Shown: positions 1-9,386, counted from the first letter of the stretch. The stretch is DNA of 64,000 bases from an uncultured Bacteroidales bacterium (GCA_963800585.1 CAWDBP010000007.1:371770-435769), one strand, 5' to 3'. Notes: generated by a model not told the origin, from the sequence alone. Program-made: numbers and translations.

Positions 1-169
1 CAATTTTTAACGTAAATTAATATTCCTTAACAGTATAACGCCCATTTCCGGACTATCTTTGCTGAACTGGAAAATGGCAAATGAGAAAATGCAATACCAG
101 TGATTCTTTTTTGGCTAATGTGAGTTTGTGCGAATGATCTGATTAAAAGTTTTGTTTATTGATTGAGTA

Positions 170-200
170 ATGTGTCCGCTATTGCGGGCACATTTTTTTT
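170..200 (+). terminator. Rho-independent terminator-like hairpin with T8 tract upstream of pgi
   Basis: TGTGTCCGC (171-179) pairs with GCGGGCACA (184-192): a 9-bp stem with one G-U and a 4-nt loop, followed by TTTTTTTT at 193-200. It would end a + strand transcript entering from upstream of the window. Confidence 0.6.
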
Positions 201-256
201 GCATATTCGCTGCAAAACAGTACTTTCGTCTTCCTATAGAAAATAAAGGATAATCA

Positions 257-1594
257 ATGAAAATAGATATCAGTAAAGCAGTTTCATTTGCAGGAGCTGA
301 GAAAATCAGACAAAACGAAAACGAACTGGAATCACTTCATAAAGCTTTGATAAACGGTACAGGTCAAGGAAATAACTTTCTTGGATGGATAAAGTTACCC
401 GCGGCTTCTGATTCGGGAATTCTTCACAGGATTAAAGTGGATGCTAAAAAGATACGTGGTCAATCAAACATTTTGGTAGTTATAGGGATTGGCGGATCTT
501 ACCTCGGAGCGAGGGCCGTGATTGATTGTCTCACCCACCCGTTTCTCCAGTTGGTCCCGGGAAGGCAAGATCCGGTAATCCTCTGGGCAGGCGAAAACCT
601 GAGTGAGGACTATCATGCGGAATTACTGGAAATTCTGGACCATTACGATTACAGTGTTGCAGTTATCTCCAAATCGGGCACGACCACCGAGCCCGCCGTT
701 GCATTTCGCATTATCAAAGCCCACCTTGAAAGAAAATATGGAGAAAACGGCGCGGCAGGACGGATAATCGCCATGACAGACGCGAAACGCGGAGCCTTAA
801 AGAAATTGTCGGACAAAGAAGGATATTCCACATATGTGATCCCTGATGATATTGGAGGAAGGTTCTCTGTCCTTACACCAGTAGGGCTTCTTCCCATTGC
901 TGTGGCAGGTCTTGACATTGAAAAACTGATCAGTGGTGCTAAAACGATGATGGAAACATGTCTTGCATCCTCTGATCCTGAAAAAAATCCAGCCATACGG
1001 TATGCAGCTATCCGCAATTCCTTATATCAGTCAGGAAAGACGGTTGAAATACTTGTGAACTACCTGCCAAATCTTTACTATTTTACCGAATGGTGGAAAC
1101 AACTTTACGGAGAGAGTGAAGGTAAAATGAACAAAGGGATCTTTCCTGCCGGAGTAAATTTCACGACCGATCTTCATTCCATGGGTCAATACATCCAGGA
1201 TGGAACAAGACTTATGTTTGAAACAATCCTGTCGGTTGAAAGTTCGCTGAAGGAATTGAGTGTCCCTTTCATGGAAGAGGATTCCGATGGTTTGAATTTC
1301 CTTGCAGGGAAGAGACTTACCGAAATCAACCACATGGCAGAAATGGGTACCATGCTTGCTCATGTTGACGGCGGTGTTCCCAACATCAGGATATCCGTCA
1401 GTGAGTTGAATGAAGAGACCTTGGGAACCCTGATCTATTTCTTTGAATTTGCCTGTGCCCTGAGTGGTTATCTTCTGGGCGTCAATCCATTTGATCAGCC
1501 CGGTGTAGAAGCGTACAAAAAGAATATGTTTGCACTTATCGGGAAACCGGGATTTGAGGAAGAAAGGAAGAAACTGAAGGAAAGGCTGGAGTGA
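257..1594 (+). CDS. pgi: Glucose-6-phosphate isomerase
   Basis: 445-aa ORF with PGI motifs IGIGGSYLGARAV, ISKSGTTTEP, GESEGK and DQPGVEAYK. The length fits the short bacterial PGI class. Confidence 0.95.
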   Translation: MKIDISKAVSFAGAEKIRQNENELESLHKALINGTGQGNNFLGWIKLPAASDSGILHRIKVDAKKIRGQSNILVVIGIGGSYLGARAVIDCLTHPFLQLVPGRQDPVILWAGENLSEDYHAELLEILDHYDYSVAVISKSGTTTEPAVAFRIIKAHLERKYGENGAAGRIIAMTDAKRGALKKLSDKEGYSTYVIPDDIGGRFSVLTPVGLLPIAVAGLDIEKLISGAKTMMETCLASSDPEKNPAIRYAAIRNSLYQSGKTVEILVNYLPNLYYFTEWWKQLYGESEGKMNKGIFPAGVNFTTDLHSMGQYIQDGTRLMFETILSVESSLKELSVPFMEEDSDGLNFLAGKRLTEINHMAEMGTMLAHVDGGVPNIRISVSELNEETLGTLIYFFEFACALSGYLLGVNPFDQPGVEAYKKNMFALIGKPGFEEERKKLKERLE

Positions 1595-1600
1595 AAATAA

Positions 1601-1681
1601 TTTACGATTGGACGCCTGCCTACCGGCAGGCAGGATTTTCGATTTTCGATTGAATATTTTGATTGACGATTTACGATTTAG
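1601..1681. repeat. Intergenic repeat: TTTACGATTGGACG motif plus imperfect GATTKWC heptad tract
   Basis: TTTACGATTGGACG at 1601-1614 recurs at 23627-23640 and, reverse-complemented, at 25669-25682. At 1634-1681 the sequence reads GATTTTC GATTTTC GATTGAA TATTTT GATTGAC GATTTAC GATTTAG. It fills the convergent pgi/purN gap. Confidence 0.6.
1614..1640 (+). terminator. Hairpin terminator candidate after pgi
   Basis: GCCTGCC (1614-1620) pairs with GGCAGGC (1625-1631): a 7-bp GC-rich stem with loop TACC, followed by AGGATTTTCGATTTTC. Confidence 0.5.
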
Positions 1682-1683
1682 TT

Positions 1684-2283
1684 TTATGATCCCTGCACTT
1701 TGGTATTAGTAGTACCAGTAAGAATATAGTTTTCAATTACCTGCGGGAAGTACCGGTATTCAAGAGCATGAATTTTTTCAGCAAGACTTTCCGGTGTATC
1801 GGATTCATTAACACTGCATTTTGCCTGAAAAAGGATCTGTCCTTCATCATACTTTTCGTTAACGATATGTATCGTAATACCTGATTCCTTATCATGATTG
1901 GAGATGACAGCTTCATGGACCTTCATACCGTACATTCCTTTTCCTCCATATCCTGGCAGCAGGGCCGGATGAATATTAAGAATTTTACCCGGATATGCTT
2001 TCAATACAGGATCAGGAACAAACCAAAGAAACCCGGCCAGGATCAGGTATTCGATTGAGTGCTCTTTAAGCAGATCAGGTATACGGTTAGTTTCATAGAA
2101 TTCCTGACGTGTGAACGTGACCGTGGGAATGCCAAGATTTCTTGCTCTTTCAAGGACAAAGGCGTCCTTTTTGTTTGAAAGGATCAGATCAACGGCGATA
2201 TGTTCAGGCCGGTCACGGAAGTATTCTATGATCCGTTGGGCATTAGTGCCACTACCGGAAGCAAAAATGGCAATCTTTATCAT
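1684..2283 (-). CDS. purN: Phosphoribosylglycinamide formyltransferase
   Basis: 199 aa with N-terminal IAIFASGSGTNAQ, NIHPALLPGYGG and a formyltransferase core. Confidence 0.93.
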   Translation of the reverse strand: MIKIAIFASGSGTNAQRIIEYFRDRPEHIAVDLILSNKKDAFVLERARNLGIPTVTFTRQEFYETNRIPDLLKEHSIEYLILAGFLWFVPDPVLKAYPGKILNIHPALLPGYGGKGMYGMKVHEAVISNHDKESGITIHIVNEKYDEGQILFQAKCSVNESDTPESLAEKIHALEYRYFPQVIENYILTGTTNTKVQGS

Positions 2284-2309
2284 AGTATCCAGTTATGAAT
2301 TCAACTATG

Positions 2310-2317
2310 CAAAAATA
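2310..2317 (-). promoter_or_regulatory. Bacteroidota -7 promoter box (TATTTTTG) for purN
   Basis: CAAAAATA on the + strand is TAnnTTTG on the minus strand, 27 nt upstream of the purN ATG at 2283. Confidence 0.4.
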
Positions 2318-2518
2318 AGAAAGCATATGATCTGTTCTTTAGATTATTATCAGGATGGATTGTTAGGTTGATAAATTAACAGTCATGGGGTTGGACTTTT
2401 TAAACCTTTGAAGATCAAATTATTGTTTTTTTGAAATGTTAAAAAATCTTAAATATTGTTGGTTTGTACAGATAAAATGTATTTCTTTGCAGTCCGTTTA
2501 ACCAAAAAAGGAAAAATC

Positions 2519-2755
2519 ATGTCTGATATTGCATCAAAAGTTAAAGCTATCATTGTTGATAAGCTCGGTGTTGACGAGAATGAAGTTACACCTGAAGCAA
2601 GTTTCACAAATGATCTCGGCGCTGACTCTCTCGATACCGTAGAACTGATCATGGAATTCGAAAAAGAATTTGATATCGCAATTCCGGATGACCAGGCTGA
2701 AAAGATCGGAACAGTTGGTGAAGCGATTGCTTACATCGAAAACAACACCAAATAA
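2519..2755 (+). CDS. acpP: Acyl carrier protein
   Basis: 78 aa from ATG 2519 (the track ORF opens earlier, at 2456). It carries the phosphopantetheine-attachment motif [16 protein letters not shown]. Confidence 0.95.
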   Translation: MSDIASKVKAIIVDKLGVDENEVTPEASFTNDLGADSLDTVELIMEFEKEFDIAIPDDQAEKIGTVGEAIAYIENNTK

Positions 2756-2819
2756 GGCATTCACCTTTACTTTTTGAATTCCTGGTTTGGGTTGTTAACT
2801 TATTCCTAAGAAGAAATTA

Positions 2820-2842
2820 AATCCCTCCCAATCGGAGGGATT
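2820..2842 (+). terminator. acpP-fabF intergenic hairpin (attenuator/terminator-like)
   Basis: AATCCCTCC (2820-2828) pairs perfectly with GGAGGGATT (2834-2842): a 9-bp stem with loop CAATC. There is no strong T-tract, so this is more likely a partial terminator or processing site between acpP and fabF. Confidence 0.45.
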
Positions 2843-2875
2843 CCTGTTTAAAATGAACCATTAAACCTGATTCAC

Positions 2876-4129
2876 GTGAAGCTACGTCGAGTTGTTGTTA
2901 CCGGAATCGGGGCGTTGACCCCGATCGGCAAAACCACAGAAGAATATTGGAACGGATTGATTAATGGTGTAAGTGGTGCAGGACCTATCACCCGATTCGA
3001 TGCTTCCAAATTCAAGACACGATTTGCCTGTGAAGTAAAGAATTTTAATGCAGAGGATTATTTTGACAGGAAAGAAGTCCGGAAGTACGATATTTACACT
3101 CATTTCGGGTTGATTGCTGCCGATGAAGCAGTGAATGATGCAGCATTCAATATGGATAAGCTGGATCATAACCGGGTGGGGGTGATCATGGCGTCGGGGA
3201 TCGGAGGACTTGATACGCTGATACAGGAGGTGAAGAATTTCCTGGAGGGTGATGGAACGCCTCGTTTCAATCCTTTCTTCATCCCGAAAATGATATCGGA
3301 TATTACGGCAGGACACGTTTCGATTAAATATGGATTTCGTGGACCGAATTTTGCCACGGTTTCTGCATGTGCTTCTTCGGCCAACGGTTTGGCTGATGCA
3401 TTTAATTATATCCGGTTAAACAAAGCAGAGGTCTTTGTGGCCGGAGGGTCAGAAGCTGCACTCAATCCTGCCGGTGTAGGTGGATTCAATGGCATGCATG
3501 CTTTATCGACACGCAATGAAGATCCCTCCACTGCCTCGCGTCCATATGATAAAGACCGGGATGGATTTGTAATCGGCGAAGGTGCCGGTGTCCTGATTTT
3601 TGAGGAATTGGAACATGCCCTCAACCGTGGTGCCAAGATCTATGCCGAAGTTGCCGGCGCAGGTTTATCAGGCGATGCATTCCATATGACCCAACCTCAT
3701 CCCGAAGGTTTAGGCGCTATTCTTGCAATGCGTGCTGCTCTGGAAGATGCTGAAATGAACATAACCGATATAGATCATATTAATACTCATGGAACCTCGA
3801 CACCACTGGGAGATATAGTCGAACCAAAAGCCATCCAATCACTGTTTGGTGCCCAGGCTTATAAAATAAATATCAATTCAACTAAGTCAATGACAGGCCA
3901 TCTGCTGGGTGCAGCGGGTGCCATCGAATCCATTGCAGCAATTCTGGCAGTGAAGAATGATATTGTCCCACCGACGATAAACCATTTTACAGATGATCCG
4001 GAAATTGACAATAAACTGAACTTTACCTTTAACAAAGCACAACATCGTATTATCAATGCCGCACTGACCAACACCTTTGGATTCGGAGGGCATAATGCAT
4101 CCATTATCTTCAGAAAATTCAAGGAATAG
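2876..4129 (+). CDS. fabF: Beta-ketoacyl-ACP synthase II
   Basis: 417 aa with a GTG start. KAS II motifs are ACASSANG (active-site Cys), HGTSTPLGD and GHLLGAAG. It directly follows acpP. Confidence 0.95.
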   Translation: MKLRRVVVTGIGALTPIGKTTEEYWNGLINGVSGAGPITRFDASKFKTRFACEVKNFNAEDYFDRKEVRKYDIYTHFGLIAADEAVNDAAFNMDKLDHNRVGVIMASGIGGLDTLIQEVKNFLEGDGTPRFNPFFIPKMISDITAGHVSIKYGFRGPNFATVSACASSANGLADAFNYIRLNKAEVFVAGGSEAALNPAGVGGFNGMHALSTRNEDPSTASRPYDKDRDGFVIGEGAGVLIFEELEHALNRGAKIYAEVAGAGLSGDAFHMTQPHPEGLGAILAMRAALEDAEMNITDIDHINTHGTSTPLGDIVEPKAIQSLFGAQAYKININSTKSMTGHLLGAAGAIESIAAILAVKNDIVPPTINHFTDDPEIDNKLNFTFNKAQHRIINAALTNTFGFGGHNASIIFRKFKE

Positions 4130-4877
4130 TGACGAATTGAAATTCCACTTATTTACACCGGTTGATTATTTCTTTTCCCGCGAAAAACACCTTTACCAGG
4201 CAATAAAAAATATTTTTGGGTTCTATCCCAGGAATATCTTTTTATACAGGCTTGCATTTTTACATAAATCAGCGGGAGAGGCAACCTTACACGGTACCAA
4301 GATCAATAATGAACGTCTTGAATTTCTTGGGGATGCCATTTTGGATGCCATTATTGCTGATTATCTTTTTAAGACATTCCCTACCAAAGATGAAGGATTC
4401 CTGACAGAGATGCGTGCAAAAATTGTAAGTCGCGTACAACTGAACAAACTTTCGCAGAAACTCGGACTCGAAAAACTGATCAGGCTCGATTCTAATTCAA
4501 ACAACATCTATCGCTCTTCGCAGGGCGATGCATTCGAAGCCCTTGTCGGTGCCATGTACCTCGACAGAGGTTACAACTTTACCCGGTACATTCTTCTGGA
4601 AAGGATCATCAAACATTATTTTAATATCAATGAACTGGTAAATCTTGAAGTGAATTTTAAAAGCCGGATGATTGAATGGGCACAAAAAGAAAAAAAGCAA
4701 CTCGCCTTTTCGGTATTGAATGAAACAGGCTCAGGTTATAAAAAACAATATATCATTGAGATCCTTGTTGATAACATCCCGGTGAGCCGTGGACAGGACT
4801 TTTCCATTAAAGGAGCTGAACAGAATGCTGCTGAGAAAGCCTGGAACAAACTCACGAAAGAAAACCCGGAATCCTGA
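4095..4877 (+). CDS. rnc: Ribonuclease III
   Basis: RNase III signature NERLEFLGDAILD with a C-terminal dsRNA-binding region. The start is uncertain: ATG 4095 overlaps the fabF 3' end, in-frame TTG 4137 lies just after the fabF stop, and the track ORF opens at 4077. Confidence 0.9.
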   Translation: MHPLSSENSRNSDELKFHLFTPVDYFFSREKHLYQAIKNIFGFYPRNIFLYRLAFLHKSAGEATLHGTKINNERLEFLGDAILDAIIADYLFKTFPTKDEGFLTEMRAKIVSRVQLNKLSQKLGLEKLIRLDSNSNNIYRSSQGDAFEALVGAMYLDRGYNFTRYILLERIIKHYFNINELVNLEVNFKSRMIEWAQKEKKQLAFSVLNETGSGYKKQYIIEILVDNIPVSRGQDFSIKGAEQNAAEKAWNKLTKENPES

Positions 4878-4880
4878 CAA

Positions 4881-4922
4881 CCCCACCCCCTGACTCAATC
4901 CCTCAAGAGCTTGGGGGATTGA
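4881..4922. repeat. CCCCACCCCCTG hairpin element, copy 1 (directly after the rnc stop)
   Basis: CCCCACCCCCTG is followed by the 8-bp stem TCAATCCC (4895-4902) / GGGATTGA (4915-4922). By hand count, about 31 of 42 positions match copy 2 at 40850-40891. Confidence 0.55.
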
Positions 4923-5099
4923 CTCCACCCCAAAGACCAATTCCGCAGCCGAGTGAGCCAGCAGGCGAGCAAAAACAATGTCAGCCGGTGGATTATGGCT
5001 ATATATTGAATGGAGCGGAGCGAAAAGAAAGAAATAGCCATAAGACAGAGTAGGCTGAAGTGAACACCGATTTTCTAAGGAGGTCAAAATGCAAACATT

Positions 5100-5290
5100 A
5101 TAGGATGAAATCATGAAACATGAAAATCCGTCATTTTTTGAAAAATGATGGCGTGTAAAACTGCACGCCATCATTAAAATATTGTAATTGATAATCAATC
5201 ATGTAGAAAATAATCTTAATAAAAAGATAGCGGTTTCCCATACAGTAAAATTATGGTTTCCAGCAATTGCATATGTCAAACTGTTAGATT
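5100..5290 (+). repeat. ~190-bp intergenic element, copy A (second, inverted copy at 63790-64000)
   Basis: Ordered conserved blocks are GAAAATCCG (5122-5130), hairpin ATGATGGCGTG/CACGCCATCAT (5145-5174), ATTGATAATCAAT (5187-5199), ATAGCGGTTTCCC (5227-5239) and ATGGTTTCCAGC (5253-5264). All blocks recur in the same order and spacing on the opposite strand at 63819-63960. Confidence 0.6.
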
Positions 5291-5334
5291 AATTTTATGC
5301 CCCTTAAGAATTCTAGTACCAACCTCCTAATAAA

Positions 5335-6735
5335 TTGGAGTTAACTTCACCATCTAACATATTTGGAAAACCTCGCGATAATATAATAATCATTCACATG
5401 CGCGGAGTTTACGAAAGTAATATCACCCTGTTCTCCTTATCCGGAATAAAAAAACCTAAATCAATTTCTGAATTGCAAGAAATAAAAAAAAGTGAAACAG
5501 TTAAGCTTCAGGTGCCAAATGAATACCTCCCGGGAGATTTCGTTCTACGGTTTAATTATAAGAACGAAAAGGGAAGCTTACAATCTCATTCTGAAATGAA
5601 TATTATTGTGAGTGATCAGGATCTAGAACTTTGGGTTAATCCAGGTTATTGTAGTAATTCTGATAGCACATGGTTTCAGCCGGGGGAAAGAGAAAATTCA
5701 GCTTTTGCATTATTCTCAAAAGAAAACAATCAAATAAAAGAAAAGCTGGAACCATTAAACAAATTTCTTATGACTTACGACGATACTAGATCGAAGTTTT
5801 ACAGTCAAGGCATTGAAGAATACGAAAAAAAACGAAAAGCATATAATCTATGGCTTGATACATATGTAAAAAAGGACAGAACATTGTTTGTGAGTCATAG
5901 ATACCAGTTTCAACACATTCCTCAAATGAAGTGGAATGGCATGGAAAAGGACAGGATATTTAGTCTGATTCATCATTACTTCGAGGGAGTGGATCTTAGT
6001 GATCCCCTTATAACAAAAACAATCCAATTGAACGAATGGATGAACCATTACGTGAATTTCTATTTAAAAATGGCTACAACGGCAGCTTTACGTGATTCTT
6101 TACTTTCTTTAGCTGCCAGGAATGCCATTGAAAAGGCCAAACAAGGAAGCCACATGGTGTATGGATGGATGGTCGATTATTTTTACAAAGGGTTTGAAAG
6201 CAGAGACATTCCCGAAGGAATGAAAGTTTTGGAACCCTATCTTAAAGATTCAAATTGTCTAACATCAAAAAGAATGGAGATTGAGCGAAGGCTTAAAGGC
6301 ATGGAAACTCTGGTAAAAGGAAGCAAGGCCCCAGATATCATGTTTGGAGATGCTGATAGTAATTTATTCCAACTTAGTAAATATGAACCTCCTTCAAAGT
6401 ACATACTTCTTTTGTTTTGGTCGGCTGAATGCAGCCACTGTACAGAAACTGTTAATTCTCTTTATTCTTGGCAGATACAACCTGGGATACATCAGAAAAT
6501 ATCAATTGTGGCAATCAGTCTTGATGAAACTGAAACGGAAGTGAAAGCTTGGGATCAAAAGATTAAAAATCTGGTTGGATGGAAACATTTTCGTGCTCCT
6601 GAAGGAATAAGGAGTAAAGTAGCTAGTGATTATTTTATATTGGCTACACCGATAATGATTTTGCTGGATGCAAAAACAAAGGAAATCATTTCATCACCAT
6701 CCACTTTTGCTCAATTAAAAAATAATTTACCATAA
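5335..6735 (+). CDS. Thioredoxin-fold (TlpA/AhpC-like) protein
   Basis: 466 aa with a C-terminal thioredoxin-like region carrying LLLFWSAECSHCTE (CxxC). It has a TTG start, no visible signal peptide and stop codons immediately upstream, so the N-terminus may be incomplete. Confidence 0.7.
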   Translation: MELTSPSNIFGKPRDNIIIIHMRGVYESNITLFSLSGIKKPKSISELQEIKKSETVKLQVPNEYLPGDFVLRFNYKNEKGSLQSHSEMNIIVSDQDLELWVNPGYCSNSDSTWFQPGERENSAFALFSKENNQIKEKLEPLNKFLMTYDDTRSKFYSQGIEEYEKKRKAYNLWLDTYVKKDRTLFVSHRYQFQHIPQMKWNGMEKDRIFSLIHHYFEGVDLSDPLITKTIQLNEWMNHYVNFYLKMATTAALRDSLLSLAARNAIEKAKQGSHMVYGWMVDYFYKGFESRDIPEGMKVLEPYLKDSNCLTSKRMEIERRLKGMETLVKGSKAPDIMFGDADSNLFQLSKYEPPSKYILLLFWSAECSHCTETVNSLYSWQIQPGIHQKISIVAISLDETETEVKAWDQKIKNLVGWKHFRAPEGIRSKVASDYFILATPIMILLDAKTKEIISSPSTFAQLKNNLP

Positions 6736-6854
6736 AGTAGTTATGATATTCTGTGTGGTATTATGAAGAAGTTTATGATTTGATGGCATTAGGATTAGGA
6801 GTAGGTTTCTCCGAAATAAAATATCCGAGTTCGATGCAAAAATATTAATAGCAG

Positions 6855-9338
6855 ATGAAAACGACTTACCGCGCCTTAGTAATCATTATTAGCATTTCAC
6901 AGTTCACAATTGACTCTTCAGCTCAGGCACCCAATACCTGGACACAGAAAGCCAATTTTGGGGGAGGAGTAAGATATCAAGCTGTTGGTTTTAATATCAG
7001 TGGTAATGGGTATATCGGAATGGGAGAGAATAATTACGGAAACGCATTTAACGATTTCTGGGAATACAATACTGTTAATAATACCTGGACGCAGAAAGCC
7101 AATTTTGGAGGTGGAACGAGAGTGCGTGCAGTTGGTTTTAATATCGGGGGTAAAGGGTACATTGGAACTGGCCAGAGCGCAGTCGGCAACATGAATGATT
7201 TTTGGGAATATGATCCTACTTCTAATACCTGGGCACAGAAAGCCAATGTCGGGGGCTCGGGAAGAATGGACGCCGTTGGTTTTAGTATTGAGAGTAAAGG
7301 ATATATTGGAACTGGTCTTGGCACAGGTGGCTATCTTTTAAATGACTTTTGGGAATATGATCCTGCTACTAATACCTGGACACAAAAAGCCAATTTTGGG
7401 GGATCTCCAAGATATGGTGCTGTTGGTTTTACTATCAGTGGTAAAGGGTATATCGGAACCGGATTAGGGATAAATAGCAACTATTCTGCCCATTATTATA
7501 ACGACTTTTGGGAATATGATCCTTCTACTAATACCTGGACACAGAAAGCCAATTTTGGGGGATCGGCCAGATATTACGCTGTTGGTTTTAGTATTGGGAC
7601 GAAAGGGTACATTGGAACAGGTCTTGATTCAAACAACGTTAGAAATGACTTTTGGGAATATGATTTTACTACTAATGCCTGGACACAGAAAGCTAATTTT
7701 GGGGGATCGGCCAGAGAAAACGCTGTTGGTTTTAGTATTGGTACCCAAGGGTATATTGGAATTGGTCAGAGTTTTAGTGGTTTCGATAACGACTTTTGGC
7801 AATATACTCCTTCATGCATTTTCCCCAATGCTCCAACCAATACAACACCTCCGGCAAATCAAAATATATGCGTTGGAAAAACAACTACCCTCAGTGCAAG
7901 TGGTACTGGAACTTTGGGATGGTACAGTGATTCTATAAGTGGAACATGGCTTGGCGGAGGAAGTAATTTTACAACCCCAATATTAACGAGCAATACTATT
8001 TTTTATGTTCAGGACAGTACTTGTGGTCCAAGTCTTTCAAGAACAAGCATTCCTGTTATGGTCAATCCCGTGCCGATTCCGACCATTACTGGTCAGAATA
8101 GTATGTGTGTTAATTCTGGTTATTACAATTATACGACAGAAACTGGCAAGCAAAACTATGTATGGACAGTTTCATCAGGTGGAATCATCAACTTCGGATC
8201 CGGCACTAATCAGATCCAGGTTTCATGGATCATTGCAGGTCCCCAAACGGTCAATGTCACATACAGCAATGGAGCCGGTTGTAATCCATTGACGCCTACG
8301 GTGCTTTATGTCACAGTCAATCCATTGCCTGGTCAGGCAGGAGCGATCACTGGATCTGCAAATGTTTGTGCCGGAGCTAATGGAGTTGCTTATTCTGTTG
8401 CACCGATCCCGAATACAACCGTGTATATATGGTCATTACCATTCAATGCAACTATTGCTTCTGGCGCCGGAACGAACTCAATAACGGTGAACTTTGCAGC
8501 CAATGCATCCAGTGGTAACATTATTATTTATGGTAACAACATTTGCGGTGATGGCCAGAATTCACCACCATTTGGCGTGACCGTTACTCAATTACCTGCA
8601 GCAGCAGGAAACATCACCGGCCCCGATTCTGTATGTCAGGGCTCCTCCGGTAAAGTTTATAAAGTTCCTTCAATTTATGGAGCCACCGGTTATACATGGA
8701 CTCTTCCTATAGGGGCTACTTCAGGAAGCGGCTCAAACTCCGATTCTATTATAGTTGATTATAGCAATTCTGCAGTTTCAGGTAATATGACCGTTTATGG
8801 AAGCAACTCCTGTGGAAATGGAATCGTTTCCCCGGACTTCTACGTGACCGTTAATCCCATTCCTCAGACCCCCGTTGTTACCAATAACGGAGACACCTTG
8901 CATAGCAGTATTCCTACCGGAAACCAATGGTATTTCGAAGGAACGCTCATTACTGGTGCTACCGGACAAACATATGTTGCAACACTTGACGGATATTACT
9001 GGGACGTGGTAACAGTCGATGGTTGTTCTTCTGATACATCAAACCATAAACTAATCATTGTTATCGGTATAGATTCGCATTCATCAACTTCAATCAATGT
9101 TTACCCTATCCCAAATGATGGTCGGTTTAATGTATCCATGACAAATAACTCGGAAAAAACTTTCTCAATCAGCGTTTATAATACCCTTGGGGTAAAGATC
9201 TATGAAGAAATAAACGTGAATGTTAATGGTTCATTTCAAAAGGTGATCGACCTGAGACAGGTGCCTAATGGAATTTATACAGTGGTCTTTAAAAACAACC
9301 TGAACCAGATACTAAAAAAAATAGTGGTGAGCAAATAG
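6855..9338 (+). CDS. Secreted six-bladed Kelch-like propeller protein with Ig/PKD-like domains and T9SS C-terminal sorting domain
   Basis: 827 aa with a signal peptide ending SSAQA. Six ~48-aa repeats follow (NTWTQKANFGG.R..AVGF.I..KGYIGTG....NDFWEYD). Next come four Cys-containing Ig/PKD-like modules (ITG...VC.G...Y.V). The C-terminus INVYPIPNDGRFNV...GIYTVVFKNN...KKIVVSK fits the TIGR04183-type sorting domain. Confidence 0.8.
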   Translation: MKTTYRALVIIISISQFTIDSSAQAPNTWTQKANFGGGVRYQAVGFNISGNGYIGMGENNYGNAFNDFWEYNTVNNTWTQKANFGGGTRVRAVGFNIGGKGYIGTGQSAVGNMNDFWEYDPTSNTWAQKANVGGSGRMDAVGFSIESKGYIGTGLGTGGYLLNDFWEYDPATNTWTQKANFGGSPRYGAVGFTISGKGYIGTGLGINSNYSAHYYNDFWEYDPSTNTWTQKANFGGSARYYAVGFSIGTKGYIGTGLDSNNVRNDFWEYDFTTNAWTQKANFGGSARENAVGFSIGTQGYIGIGQSFSGFDNDFWQYTPSCIFPNAPTNTTPPANQNICVGKTTTLSASGTGTLGWYSDSISGTWLGGGSNFTTPILTSNTIFYVQDSTCGPSLSRTSIPVMVNPVPIPTITGQNSMCVNSGYYNYTTETGKQNYVWTVSSGGIINFGSGTNQIQVSWIIAGPQTVNVTYSNGAGCNPLTPTVLYVTVNPLPGQAGAITGSANVCAGANGVAYSVAPIPNTTVYIWSLPFNATIASGAGTNSITVNFAANASSGNIIIYGNNICGDGQNSPPFGVTVTQLPAAAGNITGPDSVCQGSSGKVYKVPSIYGATGYTWTLPIGATSGSGSNSDSIIVDYSNSAVSGNMTVYGSNSCGNGIVSPDFYVTVNPIPQTPVVTNNGDTLHSSIPTGNQWYFEGTLITGATGQTYVATLDGYYWDVVTVDGCSSDTSNHKLIIVIGIDSHSSTSINVYPIPNDGRFNVSMTNNSEKTFSISVYNTLGVKIYEEINVNVNGSFQKVIDLRQVPNGIYTVVFKNNLNQILKKIVVSK
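6933..7812 (+). repeat. Six tandem ~145-155-bp coding repeats (propeller blades)
   Basis: DNA-level periodicity is visible: AATACCTGGACACAGAAAGCCAATTTTGGGGG recurs six times with minor variation. It also generates the spurious alternative-frame ORFs 6985-7194, 7034-7324 and 7516-7938. Confidence 0.8.
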
Positions 9339-9386
9339 GCATTTTGCAATAGTTTATGGTTTAAACAATGTAAAATCAAAAAGCAT

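Noticed and set aside
2470-2500. TATTTCTTTGCAG upstream of acpP as a -7 promoter box.
   Set aside because: The spacing between TA and TTTG is four nucleotides, not two, so it does not fit TAnnTTTG. It was not annotated, although a promoter must lie nearby.
4731-5198. 155-aa minus-strand ORF spanning the rnc 3' end and the intergenic repeats.
   Set aside because: It overlaps the rnc coding end antisense and runs through the CCCCACCCCCTG element and the copy-A hairpin. It has no recognisable motif, and the equivalent frame in repeat copy B is not conserved.
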